A stretch of 58,822 nucleotides of DNA. Origin: Peribolospora baueri. Its lineage: Eukaryota. The notes below the pieces were generated by a model. The model did not search any database. It was not told where the DNA came from and saw only the letters and a program-made list of their open reading frames with translations. The position numbers and the translations under genes are program-made. How positions within the stretch are numbered: position 1 is the first letter of the stretch; every line of letters starts with the position of its first letter. Location of the stretch: contig JAMDHS010000114.1 in assembly GCA_029717555.1 (NCBI GenBank), positions 1 to 58,822 on the forward strand, in the 5' to 3' direction. This document shows, piece after piece, positions 22,479 through 35,752 of the stretch.

Positions 22479-25400
22479 GTCGGGCACGTCGGGGCTTGAA
22501 GGGCAGGCACAGATCGGTGGACGGCGACGTTGAGGTCGCATGGACCGCCGATGTTTCGTCGGGTCGACCGGCCAGCGGGCCGACGTGGAGGGCCCCCTGG
22601 GAGGCTAAAAGTGTGAGCGGGGTCAACGGAGGGCGAGTTGGGGATAGCGACGGAAAACGAGCGACCGGCGGTCGCGGCAACGAAGAGGAAGCAGGCCAAG
22701 AGAAGGGGGAGGTTCGATAATACGAGCGGGAGAGGGGATGGACCAAACGGAACGGGGAGGGGAGGGTGAGCAAATGGTGGCTGGTTAGAGAGAAGACGAG
22801 GGGAGGGGGGTCGGGCTGTGTGGATGGAGGGACGGCCTTTTTAAAGGGCTCGGCCTAGGCGAGCCAAGGGGAGGGCCGGGAGATGGGGAGACGAAGGGGG
22901 GCAAAGTGAACGAACGAGCGCATGATTGCGAGTGATCGCCAAAGGAGAGGAGAAAAGGCGGGTAGTCGTCGCTTGGTCTTGGTCTTGCGTCCGTCTCGAG
23001 AGCCAGGCTGGCTAACTGGCTAACTGGCTGGTCACAGACGAGCATGTGGTGGTGTTGGTGCTCTGCGACGGATCTCGGGCCACCGCAGCGGCTTTAGCGA
23101 GCCTCATCCCATCCCACCCACACCTCTTTTCCCCTCGCCCCTCCGAGCCGAACGGTCTCGGGTCGAGGGAGGCAGGGACGAGGACGATGGACACACGCCC
23201 TTGTTAAACGCCGCACGTGGGCCCCCCGTCCCGTCGTAGGGTCGATCAGAAATCAGACGCAACCGCCATTCGGCCCAGCCCGCGCCAGGTCACCAGCACG
23301 GGCGTACGCATGTCGAGTGCACATGAGACGGCGAAACAAACGGGTCTGCTCTGCGCGGCGGATGGAGCCGGAGGACAAGCAACGTCGGCGCCGCCCCTCG
23401 GACTGCATTGTCTACTTTTGCCCCGCGGTAAACGTGGATAGGATAGCTCCACGTCGTCGTCGCGTCCGGCAAAGCCGAGGCGCTCGGCGACGCCGAGGAG
23501 GGAGGGCGGCGGAAGTGGGAGGGAGGCATAGGTTGGCCTGGCCCTCCTCCGCATGACGTCAGTCGACCGTCGTGTCGTACGAGCACGGGCTACGCCACAA
23601 AACGCAGACGCCGCAGCAGCGCACCACCACACGAGCCGTCCGCCAACGCCAGTCGAGTCGAGTAGAAACGAGGCGGTCGACCACGCACGTCGACATCGCT
23701 CGACTCGACTCCACTCGACTCGACGGGCCTGAGCGACGTTTGGCAGCGCCGAGGCAGACGGACGACGGCATGCTGTGCTGGCCCGCGTGGGCCGACGGAG
23801 CGGGCGAGGGCGAGGGCGGGCGTCGACCCGTGTCATCTCTTTTTCAATCTTGCTCTTTTCCACTTGTTACCAAAACAAGCCAGCGTCCCAGAGATTCGTC
23901 GAGCAGGCACGGCAGAGTCCACTCGTGCTCGACTCGACTCGTCACAATGACGAACGGGGAGGAGAGTCTAACAATGGTATAACTCCCTCCTTCTTCCTCA
24001 TCCCGCGCCCATCTCGGCGCCCACCAAGCGCATCGGCCGGCCGGTCGCCTATCGTCACGGCCACCGTCGCCCTCGCCCTCGCTCCCCGCCCTAGTCTACT
24101 CTCTCCCCTCCCCCAGGCGAACCCACCGGCTCACCGGCGCGGCTCGACTCGACTCGGCTCGCCCAACACCTCACGCGAACGCACCCTCCAATCCCCGGCA
24201 CACGCGCTAACCACAGCGCGCGGCGTATGCGCACAGCACGTGAAGCAAGAAAGCAAGCAAGCAAGCATATCGCCCGTGCTTGCCCAAACCAAACACGCAG
24301 ACGACTGACGACCGCACCTGACTTAGCCACCCCGCCGGACGTACCTACCCCCCACCTCACGCGTCGTCTCTCGGTCGCCCGCCGAGGCCCACGAGCCTCG
24401 ACTTTGTCTTCTTGCACAGCCAGGACCGCGACATGGACCAACGAGCAGCGTCTGTCGCACGACACCACCAGTGGCTATGCGACCCGAGCCGGGTCGATCC
24501 GGGTCGATGCCTAGCCGACGCGGGGCAACGCGAGGCAACCAGCCTGATCCCGGCGAAATTCTCAAGACCTTTCCGGCGATGTTTCGGTGGTGCCATGCTC
24601 TTCTTCACCGCCATGAAGCATGGGGGAAGTACGGCGAATTCGGGTTTGGGCGTCAATCGGTGCGTGCGCTCGGCTCGACCGACCTTCCTGGTGGTCCTTT
24701 CCTTTTTGTCCTTGTCCTTGTGCTCCGTTCGGCAATTCAATATGTTTTAGACCTGTGTCTCTCGTCGTCGTCGGTCATCATCGCATCGTCTTCCCTTCTT
24801 CCTCTCTCCGGCGTCTTATTTTATCATTTTCGCGGACCCTGCCTGCCCCTGTGCCTTGGCGAAATGCATGGCCTCGGTCAGGTCGCGTCGCATCGACGTC
24901 GACGTCGACAGCGTGGCCCGGAACGGCCCCGCACGAAGAGAGATAAGCGTGTGGGGGGGCATTTGCCGTTTTTGGCGTGCGCGGTCGGCGGCTAAGTGGA
25001 GGAAGCGTAAGCAAGACGGCGGAGGAAAGGGCCAAGTTCGCGCGAGCAAGTTCGTCGTCGTCGTCTTCTTACGATAGGAGGGGCGACCGTCGGCCAGTCG
25101 GATCACCTACTGACCCATGCTCGCTCCCGCCACGGAGATGATCAGGTCCAGCCAGCCAGCCGATGAGGCTCCAGAAGAGCGTATAGCTGCTGCGTGACAT
25201 ACCGATGTCGAACAAACTCAAACAGCGCTGCGACCGGGTGGCGAGGAGATGGTATCAAAGAGATCGAGATGATGAGATGGCAAGGAACGTCCTAGAGATC
25301 ACTTTTTTCCGACTTTGCTTAGATCCGTCGCGAGGATGGGCCCGACGGCGGCGACGGCGGAGATGCAACAGACGAGGATGCGTGCGAGGCGGACCGACGT

Positions 25401-25892
25401 GGGTCAGGATCAGGATCACGTACCTTCGTTTGTCATGTCGCTCCTTTGCACAAAGGTCTGTACTCTAGGCCGAAAAGGACGCCGGAATGACACGAGTGTC
25501 TCACCAGGCAACACCGAACGCACCGTAGAAGATGCTCGACCCCCAAGCCACGTACTGAGACGACGTGCAGGGAATAGTATCACGATCCAATAAGGCTTGG
25601 CTTGGGCCTATTCGGTACAGGTGCTGAACTGAGAACGAGACGAGACGAGACGAGACGAGACGAGGAATACCGGGTGAAGCTGGAACTGGGAATGACATGG
25701 GAGATGCGGGATGGGGGTGAAGATGTGTCCTGTAGTGATGGACTGGTACGTAGGAAGCGGGGAGGGAGGGGGGATTAGGAAGGAGCGGTCGAGGAAGGGT
25801 TGATGGGAGCGTCGCACGACAACGGACAAAGACTACCAACTCCATCTGCGACAGCGGTAAACCACGCCCCCGCCGCCTACCGTCGTCCACGT

Positions 25893-27938
25893 TTAGACGG
25901 TCATCGTCTGAGCGCCGCCGACTTGATGGCGCGTCTGCTGCTGCTGCTGATGTTGACGCTGCTGCGACTGCACAGCCTGCATCTGCGCCTGTTGCACCGC
26001 GTTCGCCGCCGCGGCGATCTGAGCTGCCTGTGCCTGTGCCTGCGCCTGCGCCGCCGGGGCTGCTCCGCTTTGCTGCGCCGCTTGCGCCGCTGCCGCCGCT
26101 GCCGCCGCCTGAGTGGAGAGCGGTACCTTCTCCTCGAGAAGCTCGTAGATGAGAACCAAGTTTTTGCTCGTCTTCTCCCACAACGTAGGGTCGAAGAAGA
26201 CATATGTGCCCCGCTCAAACGTTGGCGTCTTCTGCGTCGGCTCAGTACCCTGCTCCTTCGTGAGCCAGACTCGCATCTCCTTGTGATATCGCCAGTTGCG
26301 GTTGTACCTGTGGATGAACGCCCGGGAAAAGCTCGAGATTAGACCGAGGATGGCGGATCTCGTGAGGGAATCGCGTGCGTGCCGGACGCTCCCGCGTTCA
26401 TTTCATCCACTCACAGCTCCTGTGCTGCCACCTCCTGCAACATATCTCGCGGCGTCGAATAGAAGATGAAGAAAAGCGTCTCATCGCTGAACGACGCGAT
26501 TTTGCTTTGCGCCGGCGGAGGAGGCTGCACGTTGTAGCAGGCCGGCAAGACGTAATCCGGCTCGATCTGTCGGGACGCAAGGGTATTGTTGTCCGCCCAC
26601 GGCGTGATGAAGGATGCATAGAGAGCTCTGCTTGGCAGATAATCGGCAAGCGTGCAGAAACGACGACTTTAGTCATCTACTCCTCATCCATCCAACGCGC
26701 CATCGTCCCACGTCACATACGCCCCGCCCACCCAACCGGGTACCAAAATGAAACTCACTCTGGCGCATTCAGGTTGAGTCCGAGCGTCTGCAAATCGCTC
26801 CCCATAGCCAACATGCTCAAATCCGGATCCGTCATCTTGATCACGCTCAGCAAACCTTGCAAACCGAATCGGTCCGCCGGACTGGCCAAGACCTGTTGTG
26901 CGGGCGTCTGCGGAAACGGCGCAATGACGTCCTGGGACGAGCTTAGGTTCAAGCTCGCGCTCATTTGCTCTTGGCCGCCGTGGTGGTTCGGCTGACTTCG
27001 GCCGATACCATTCATAGGTAGAGGGTAAGAATGGTCGTTCGACGTCGTCTGATGCGACCCCATCGATCCCCCCAACGCCGGAAAGTCATCCTGTGAGAAC
27101 GGCTTCTGAGACAGTGCGGCAGCATGGGCTCGACCCGCTCCGGGGGTGGTGGCGCCTCCGCCGCCGCCGCCGCCGCCTTGAGAAGTCGTCGGACCCGTCG
27201 CCTGTCCCAAACCGGGTGCTGGTGCTGGAGCGTTAGGACCGCTCGAAGCGCCCGTGCCAGCCTGACTCGCGTAGCTTGCCCCTCCACCTCCGCCTGACGG
27301 ACCGTTGGAGGAGCCGGCAGGTGTCGGCGCAGACCCTACGGCGTTCATCGGTCCGGAGCCCAAAGCGGGAAAGTCGTCGAGGTCAACGAGGTTGAGCTGT
27401 GCGCTACCTTGAGAGACCCCACCTCCACCGCTGCTGCCGCCAGCGCCACCACCGCCGCCGCCGCCAAGATTTGGCGGGAACGCTCCGCCAGGTGTCGCGC
27501 TCGGGGGATTGCTCTGCCCCGGCGTATTCGTTCCCGCACCAAACGGAAACAAGCCTCCGGCCCTTGAGCCTGCGGCAGACATGAATCCGGGAGAGGGTTG
27601 CGGGGGCATCCCTGGAGGATTGCCGCCTCGACCGGCGGCGCTCGGCGCGCTACTGCCTGGAAAACCGGGCATCACTTGTCGGGGCGCATTCATGTACGGT
27701 GGGAACTGGGAGCCGCGGAAGCCGGCATTGGGAAGGCCTGGGGCGCCTGACAAGTTTGGTCTTTGAGGTGGTTGACCTGCGAAAAGGGGCGTCCATGGGT
27801 GATGTAAGGCGGGGGATGGAGAGAGCAAGGAAGAGGCGAAGAGGTTGGTCATTGGTCATTAGCTCGCGTCTCCGTCTCTTGAGCCGTACACGTCCCGCTC
27901 ATCCCTCGCCATCACCTACCTGGTCTTTGCATCTTCAT
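25893..27938 (-). CDS. NOT2: CCR4-NOT complex subunit Not2 (Cdc36), 4 exons
   Basis: PADRFGLQGLL, FSDETLFFIFYSTPRD, YNRNWRYHKEMRVWLTK, ERGTYVFFDP (NOT-box). Exons 27920-27938, 26759-27776, 26415-26627, 25893-26307. Confidence 0.93.
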
Positions 27939-28301
27939 CCGGAGAAGATGGGAAACAGGAAATATTTGGGAGCGGGGAAGCAAAGGCGGAAAGAAAGCGG
28001 GCCGATCAACGCGTGTTTGTTTCTCCTCCGGGGAGACAAGAGACGAGGACGGCGGCCGGCACGCGCTGCGAACGTTCGGCCAGGATGCCCACCTTGAAAG
28101 GATGGAAGGGAGAGAAACGGGGTGCAAAGGGAGGAAGAGAGAGACGGCGACGATGCTGGTCTCTTTCTTGTTGTAGTTCGTTGTTGTTGATCGAAGCGTT
28201 CTCAGCTGATGCTTCGAGTGCCAACTGAGCATCCTCTCAGCTACGGCGACACCCCAGCGAGCAGTTGTCCTGGATGGCAACCATGCCGCAGCGTGGGAAC
28301 C

Positions 28302-28311
28302 GTAACCCTAC
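28302..28311. promoter_or_regulatory. GTAACCCTAC telo-box/Homol-E-like element upstream of NOT2
   Basis: The identical 10-mer recurs at 46783-46792 in the NOP4/QCR10 promoter. Confidence 0.3.
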
Positions 28312-29945
28312 TGCTGCCTCGTGCTTCCGCACACGACAGCTGCACCTGATCGACGATTCCGGGTTTGTCAACGTCAAGCAAGGCGCTCACGAGAGGCGGT
28401 CGAGGGTACGTATGCCCCGTGTATACAGTGGTATGTATGGAGCAGTACGGTGCCCATCTTGTTCAGGTTCTATTGTGATCGACTGTTCCGAGCTTATACT
28501 TGTTCCCGTCAAGCACGGCCACGTGTGTCAGGTGCGAGGTATCGTTGCGCCTTGTATCATCACGCGGAAGACGGTGCACGCGACAAACAGGAGGAGCGAT
28601 CGGCCGCGGGTCCAGCTTGTGACGAGCGACAAGATAATGAGGGCGTATCGGCCATGTCTCATTAGCCGTCTCATGAGATATATGCATTTCGGTGACTAGG
28701 GTTCATTTCTGAGCAAAGCAGCCATGGCCATAGACCATGTCAGTCGGCCCCTTGAAACAGGGTAAGAAGGAAGATCCGTGCCTGCGATTGCGCGCGTGAG
28801 GCCGGGGGGCGGCGCAGAGGGAAAGGATGAGACGACGAGACGAAGAGCGAAGAGAGCGGAGGAGGAAAGGATGTCTCCTGCACGCGGCGTCGTTGGAGAA
28901 GCTCAACGGCGAGCCGCGCCTACTTTTACATCTGGGGAGTGGGCGTGCCGGGTGACTGGTGACGACGGCTCGCAGTTTTGACGTGTCCACGCGGACTGAG
29001 GGGGCAAGAACAAAGAGAACGTCCGAGTTTGGCTTGGAGTGTGCGCGCGACATGTGCACCTGAGAAGACGAGCATGGAGGGGCCTTTGCCTTCTTAGAGA
29101 CGACCGGCGATCCGTGTAGCTGAGGAAGCGTACTGTCTTGTCTGTTTGTCGTCCAGCCCACAATGCACCGGCCCATCTTTTTTTTTCTCTTTCTTTCTTT
29201 CTTTCTTTCTTTCCTTCTTTCCTTCTTTCCTTCCTTCTCTCTCGCTGTGCCACTCATAGCATCTAGCATGACACGCTGTGCAGAGGGGTACGGGAAGAAG
29301 GGCGTCCGTTGTCGAGGTCTAATAAAAGTGTGATGTCGAGGACGAAGGAGAGTGGTTTCTGGATGTGTGTGCACGCGTGCTCGGCTCGTGGACGGCGGCG
29401 CTGGCACGAGCGAGCGTCACAATCGTCCGGCGTTGTTATGTGCTGTCCGTCTTTGTCTGCCCCGGACTTGGTGTCGTGCCTTGACTGAGTGAGTGTTGTC
29501 TGTTGTTGGCCTTCCTCCTCGCCTCCTCTCGACGGCTGCCAGCTGTACAAGTTGAGGAACAGAAAGAAAGAAACGCCGGCGGCATCAACATCGCCCTCCG
29601 ATCACCCGCGACCAGCCGAGTCGGTCCTCAACCGCGACGCCGAACGCCCAATCCGCGTCGATCATCGTCTCCTTTCCGACCGACGACGACGGCGACGACA
29701 AACAACGGCGACGACAAACGACGGCAACCACTGACTGACCACCGACGACCGACGACCGACGATCGACCGACCAACGATCGGCGATCAACCACGTCCACCC
29801 CCCATCCTGCCTTTCTCTTTCTCTCCCCGGTTTAGAGTCCAGTGGGATCGATCTGGCTGACAAACGAGTCGAGTCGCCGCCCAGCGCTCACCGTCGTCTC
29901 GTCTCCGGTCCGAGACGACGAAGGGAAAGGAGAGGAAAGGAAGGA

Positions 29946-32900
29946 ATGGGTGGAGGGCAGTCCCGCGACCGGTCGGCCACTCTCTCCCTCTCCCTCTCGC
30001 ACAACCTTCCGACCCGACGACCAGGCCAGGCCAGCGTCGCTTCTTCTTCTTTCCCTGACGCCACCACCCTCCCGCCGTCGTCGTCGCTTGCCGCTCGCCG
30101 TCACTCGTCTCCCAGCCACGACGACGACGCCCACCCGCTCAACCCTACCGCCACCGTCACCATGGACCACCCCACTGGCTTGGGCGGTCGCCGTCGTCGC
30201 CTCTCCGAAGCCACCTCGACCTCGACCTTGACCTCGACCGGTGCCAGGCGCTTCCCGTCCTTTCGCGACTCGCACGCGGCCCTGCCAGCTTCGTCGCCCC
30301 CGCCTTCGTCGTCCTCCCCGTCGCTGTCCAGAGCCGGCAGGCGCTTTCCTTTCGGCCTGTCTGCGAACGCCAGAGACAAGGGAAAGGGAAAGGAGGTGGC
30401 CGCCGACGTCGAGTCGGAAACCGGTCGTGCTCCCACGGACATGGACCTCGATGTCCATCCGCAAACGCCATCTTCGTTGCCACAAACAGCCCATCCAGCG
30501 CACTTCCCCTCTCGCCAGCACACGTCACCCACCGATGCCGCATCCTCCCACCCCGCCGTGCCATCCACCGCGGCCCATTCTCGCTCAAAGCGTTACCCCT
30601 CCTTCTCTTTTCCCTTCACCCGTCGCTCTCTACACTCCCCCTCCGCCTCTCCTTCCATTCCCCCGCCCGACTTTTCCCTCCTCCCAGAACCCAGGCCCGT
30701 CCCGGACCATCACCTCGACCCAGACATCCACGCACCGCGCTCGTCCGTGCACGCCCAGGACGAAATGACCGGCGGTGGCGGTGGCGGTGGCGGCGGCGGC
30801 GAGAGAAAGGACTCTCGCAAGCGGAGCAGGAGGTTCAGCGCCTTGGGAGACCTCGCTGGTGCTCTCAGGGGCACGGGAAGGGCTAGGAGGAATTGGATGG
30901 ACGAGTCGGTGGACAACAGGAAGGAGGGGAGGCAAGACGCCGAGGACGGATCGTCGATTGCAACCGATCCCATCGTTCCTCCTCCCGCGCTGGCACACGA
31001 TACGAACCCCGCTTCAGAAGACGACGAGGAGGAATCGACTTCCTTCACCACCGCCCCCGCCCTCGCTCCCGATTGCGGCGCTAGCACCGACGGTGAAGAC
31101 TCGACGCGGATGGACGCGGACGACGGCGGGGACGCGGATGCCCCAGGAGACCACGTCGGGGACGACGACGAGGCCATAGAAGCCACCGGCCTGTCAGGCC
31201 GACGAGTCGACAAGGGCAAAGCGCGCGCTCGGGACGACGACAATCACCATCCCTCTTCCCCTCATCCGCCGGCCTTTGCTGACGACGGCAAGGAGGAGGT
31301 GGGTTCGACGAGCGGACCAGCCTCTTCTTCTTCCGCGCACGGCAACTCGGCTTCTGCTTCAAGCTTGGACCCGTTGGCCGACGATCGCCGTCGAGCGGAA
31401 GAGAGAGTGGCCGACGTGATGAGAGACTTTAGTCTCGCATCCGACGCTCCGGCCGAGAATCAAGATCGAGCTGCCCCTCCAGGCTCATTCACCAGAGCGG
31501 CACGCCCAGCGGCACAAAGCAACATCGGACAAGCTGCGCCTTGGGGCCCTCCGACCGTCCCGGCGGCTTCTCCAACCGTCCCGGCGGCTTCTCCAAATCG
31601 ACCTTCCGTACCAAGGCCTTCTGGCGGCGGCGGCGCTGAAACTCCGGAAGGAGGCCAGAGCACCGACGGCGGTGGTATCTCCGGGCTCGGATCGCTGGTC
31701 GACGACCTCTTCGGTCTCTCGTCGAGGACGTCTAGAACTCGTCCCTCCGCCTTCGAAGCTCCCTCATCCGCCCCTTCAGGCGAGAGGAGGCCGGACGGAG
31801 CGCAGATGGCCACAGATCGTCCCGACGAGGAACCGGTATCTTTCTTCGGCGCCGAGGCTCGTCGCTCTCCTTCCAACTCGGCCCCTTCCTTCCCTGAGCC
31901 TTCGCCTTCGCCATCTCGACCGCCGACAGGGTCCCCACCGTTGTCCCGTCAGAACACGGCCGCCTCACCCGGCTCTGGCTCTGCTGCTGCTGCTGGCGCT
32001 GCCCCTGGAGGTCCACATCCATCGGTGGGCTTTGCTACGGGCACGTCCATCATCGTGCAGGGCGCTCTTGTAGCTCGCACCCTTCCCAACGAACCCTCAT
32101 CCTCCGACAACGAGCAGCCGTCGAGCATCAACGCTCCCCCGCCGTTGACGAACAGGGACGCTCCGACGACGTCTGTGGTCGATTCCGACGTTGCCTCGCA
32201 CGACGTCCGCACGGCGGCCGTCGATGGTCACGACTCTGCGGGCAGGCCTTTGCCGAGACGCACGTATGGGAGACTACCTGCTCGCCTCGGCAGACTGTTG
32301 AGGCTTGGCGTCAGCTCCTCCAGTCCGTCGACAGAGGCAGCGGAAACTGTGGACGGTCAAGGTACGTCTACGGTGAGCGGGGACGTCGATGGCGTCGGAG
32401 AGGGCATGATGGTAGACGAACAAGGCCCCGGTCGACAAGGCGTCCAGCTCGATCTGCCTACCCCGTCTTCGTCTACGTCGCTTCCATCGTCAGCTATACA
32501 AACGCCCGCCGATGGCCCTGCTTCGGAGCAACATTCTCATCCAGGGTCGGAACCCGCCGCAGCGAGGGCGACGGCGACGGCGACGGCCACGCGCACGGGT
32601 CAAGACGTGGATATGGACAGTGGAGGGTTCACCGCGGCGACGTTGGACGAGCAGGCAGCCATGCTCACAAGGCTGTTGAGGTGCGTTGATTTTGTGCTCC
32701 GTTATCTACACAGCAGTTCAGATGATTTCCTGCTAGGGCGATCCGAGCGAGCGTCTACTGACGTTATCATTTTCTCCTGGCGACTCGAAACAGCGTGGCC
32801 ACGGCTGCCACCGCAGCCTCGCTCGTACCGAGCTCCAGCGCCTCCCTTCTATCCTCGGGCTCCGCTCGGGCGCTCGGCTTGGTCCGTAGCAATTCGTCGA

Positions 32901-34726
32901 CGAGCGCCGTCGACAGCGCCACAAGCGGCGGCGGCGGCGGCCGGACGACGACGGGGCTCGATCGACTGTCGTCCGGCGGCCGATCGCGCAGCTCGTCCGA
33001 CGGACCTACACCGGGGCGAAGTCTGCCGGCGATGATCAGAGAGGCACTTAACAGCATTGGCGCCTATCGTCACGCTCGGACGGCGAGCCGCATGCACTTT
33101 GGCAGCGGTGACCGTAGATCCGTATCCGGCTCGCTTTTCTCCGACGAGCGCACGTCGTCGTCGTCCTCGTCGTCGGCGTCACGCGAGCGGACGTGGAGCG
33201 ACGCCGACTCGGCCGAGAGCGCCCCTTTGTCGGGCTTGGACGGGGCGACTCGATTCATGCGCGATTCCATCGGCGACGGCGGCGGCACGGCTTCCTACCC
33301 TCGTCCTCGTCCGTCCAGCGGTCCTTCCCGCGAGCGCGAACGCGAACGCGAACATCGCGAGCAGATCGCCTCCGCGCCCGGCGAGCCGGGCAGCTTCGAC
33401 CGCTTCCTGCACGACATGCAAGTCGACCTCGGCGTCGCGGTCAGGAGCATTGGCGGAGAGCAGCCGGGGCCAGGCGAGGTGGATGTGGAGGCAAGATTGA
33501 GGAGGCGAAGGGACTTTGAGCAGGGCCAATTGAGCTTCTTCCGCGTCTTTCGTTTCGACCCCGTCCAAATCGAGTCTGCCCAACAGCTGGCGCCGGCGCC
33601 GCCGTCTCTCGCTGGCGCTGGCGGAGGTCCTTCTCCGGACGGCGCAGCCGGAGCAAGGTCCGCTTTGTTGGGTATACCGCGGCAGGCCGGCAGTACAGGC
33701 GAGGCGACTGTTCCGTCGAACGCTCCGTTGTCGTCGACGTCGACGTCGTCGGAGGCACGCACGGCGGCTACAGGCTCTCATGCTCGGATGACGGCGGTGC
33801 CGCTGATCGTCGTCGGCGTGAGATCCATTCCTCCGGGCGAGATGATCCCAGGCGTGCCAGAGGAAGATCAGGGGATGCATCCGATGCCACCGCAACAGCC
33901 CGCGGGCGGTGGTGGACTCGGAGGCTCGGAGGTGCGAGACGGCGGGTCTCGGAACGAGGGCGGAGACGGTGTGCGAACCGGCGGCGGGGAGGCCGCCGGT
34001 CGTCTGCCGCCGCCGACGTCGCGCTTCCTGCTCTTCGTCTCCGGAGGGCGATATCCGGTGGACCATCCGATCTTATCTCAAGAGTCGCACGACGCAGGAC
34101 GGGACCTAGTGAACCTGATCAACATGCTCGGCGCATTCGCCATGGCGAGCAGCAAGCCTGCGACGGTGACCAGGGACGAGATTGCCCGGTCGGGATTGGA
34201 GGTGTTCAAAGGCAGAGACGTACCTAGGCTATTGGCCGAGGGGAAAATTAGGGAGAATACGGCGGAACGATGTTTGATCTGTTTGGCCGAATGGCAGGTG
34301 CGTGCATCGACCGTCGACTGTTTCTTTTTCTTATCGTCTGACCGTCAACTCGCTCTTGGACATGTCGGGGTTTCCGTTCATCACACCGACGAAACAGGAC
34401 GAGGACGATTGTCGGCTGCTGGACTGCAAGCACCTCTTCCATTCGTCTGCCTGTGTTGATCAGTGGCTGAGCCAGAGTTCGAACACGTGTCCAGTCTGTG
34501 AGTGTCGGTGCGGTGCAGTGCGGTGCGGCGGCTGCCATGCTTGTACGCTCGCTGACTTTGCCCTCGGCCCGCCTCGCCTTGCCTTGTCTTGTCTCTGTCG
34601 ACGACAGGTCGCCAGCCGGCCGTCAAGGGGGACCGAGACGAGGGCGGGGCCGGGGAAGCGACCGCTGCGTCGTCGTCGCCTCCTCGGTCATCCGGGCCTG
34701 GAGGAAGGTCTCACGCGTTTTTCTGA
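29946..34726 (+). CDS. RING-H2 E3 ubiquitin ligase with long disordered N-terminus, 4 exons
   Basis: Spliced C-terminus CLICLAEWQ|DEDDCRLLDCKHLFHSSACVDQWLSQSSNTCPVCR. Introns 32681-32793, 34298-34397, 34498-34607. Start MGGGQS; stop TGA at 34724-34726. Confidence 0.85.
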
Positions 34727-35752
34727 CCGACCGTCGAGCGAGACGGGCGCCGGCGTTGCCGTGTCGTCGGACTTTTTTTCATTCGTTGTTTGTTTGTTTT
34801 TTTCGTTTTGTGCCCCATCCTCTCCGAGCATCCTCATCGTTGTCGTTCAACCGACTTGATCACCCTCTCTCGCCCCCACAACCTTGCCGTTCCTTTCTTT
34901 CTTTCTTTCGTTCTTTCTTTCGTTCTTTCGTTGGCCATGTTCAGCCCAATCCAATCCAGTTGCGGCTCGCCGTCACTCGTTCGTTCCCTATCACCGCCTG
35001 CAATGTCATGCCCGTTTTGTTGTTGTCGATGTCCGATGCGAGGTCGGGTGTTCTTCTACCTACCTACCTCCCTCCTTGCCCTTGCAGCCATTCAGCCGGG
35101 GGGGGGGGGGGGGGGGGACTCGAGATGTTGTTTGTGGCCCCCTTGAACTTGTCTGTCTGTCTGTCTGTCAGTCGTCCACCGCAACGACACGATCAGAATC
35201 AGCATGCGTGACGCCGTCGAGCGAAGAAGATGCGCTTTTTGTGAGCGGCGGTCGGTCGGTTTGGTTGGTGGGTGCCTCGCCGCCCAACTGACCCCCGTCG
35301 ATCGACCGACGGGACCTTGGCGGGGAGATAGATCAGGTGCCGTCGTCGTGTGCCTGGCTTATCATATCTATTGCCTTGCTCCCGTCTGTCCGTCTGTCTG
35401 TCTTTCCGTCCGTTCGTCCGTTCGTCCGTTCGTCTCTTTCCACGCCGTCGCCGTCGCCGTGCTCGAAACCGACGCTCAACTCGTTCATGAACGAAAGCGA
35501 TGCCCCCTCGCCCTCGCCCTCGAGGCGTACGTCGCGGCCCGTACGCCATGGCAAGGCAAGGCAAGGCAAGGCAAGCCATTACTTATTACTTGCTTTGCGT
35601 GTGAATGGCGCATACATGCTCGACTCGACTCGTGATGGATGGGCTCCTTCGATGGCCCGCAGCGCGACACCTCACAGTGTCTTCCTTCATCGCCTCGCCC
35701 TTCCCCTCTCTCTCTCCCTCCTTCCCTCCCACCACCACCACCTCACCCACCC

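Noticed and set aside
28200..29500. Telomerase RNA candidate (TAACCCTA template in a gene-free interval)
   Set aside because: Only 8 nt of template, the same motif occurs in another promoter, and no pseudoknot or CR4/5 element was recognised; a promoter element is the simpler explanation. A covariance-model search would settle it
31552..31596. 21-bp tandem duplication (PTVPAAS x2) and similar coding repeats (7190-7240, 44543-44582)
   Set aside because: Ordinary slippage in disordered protein regions; not CRISPR-like
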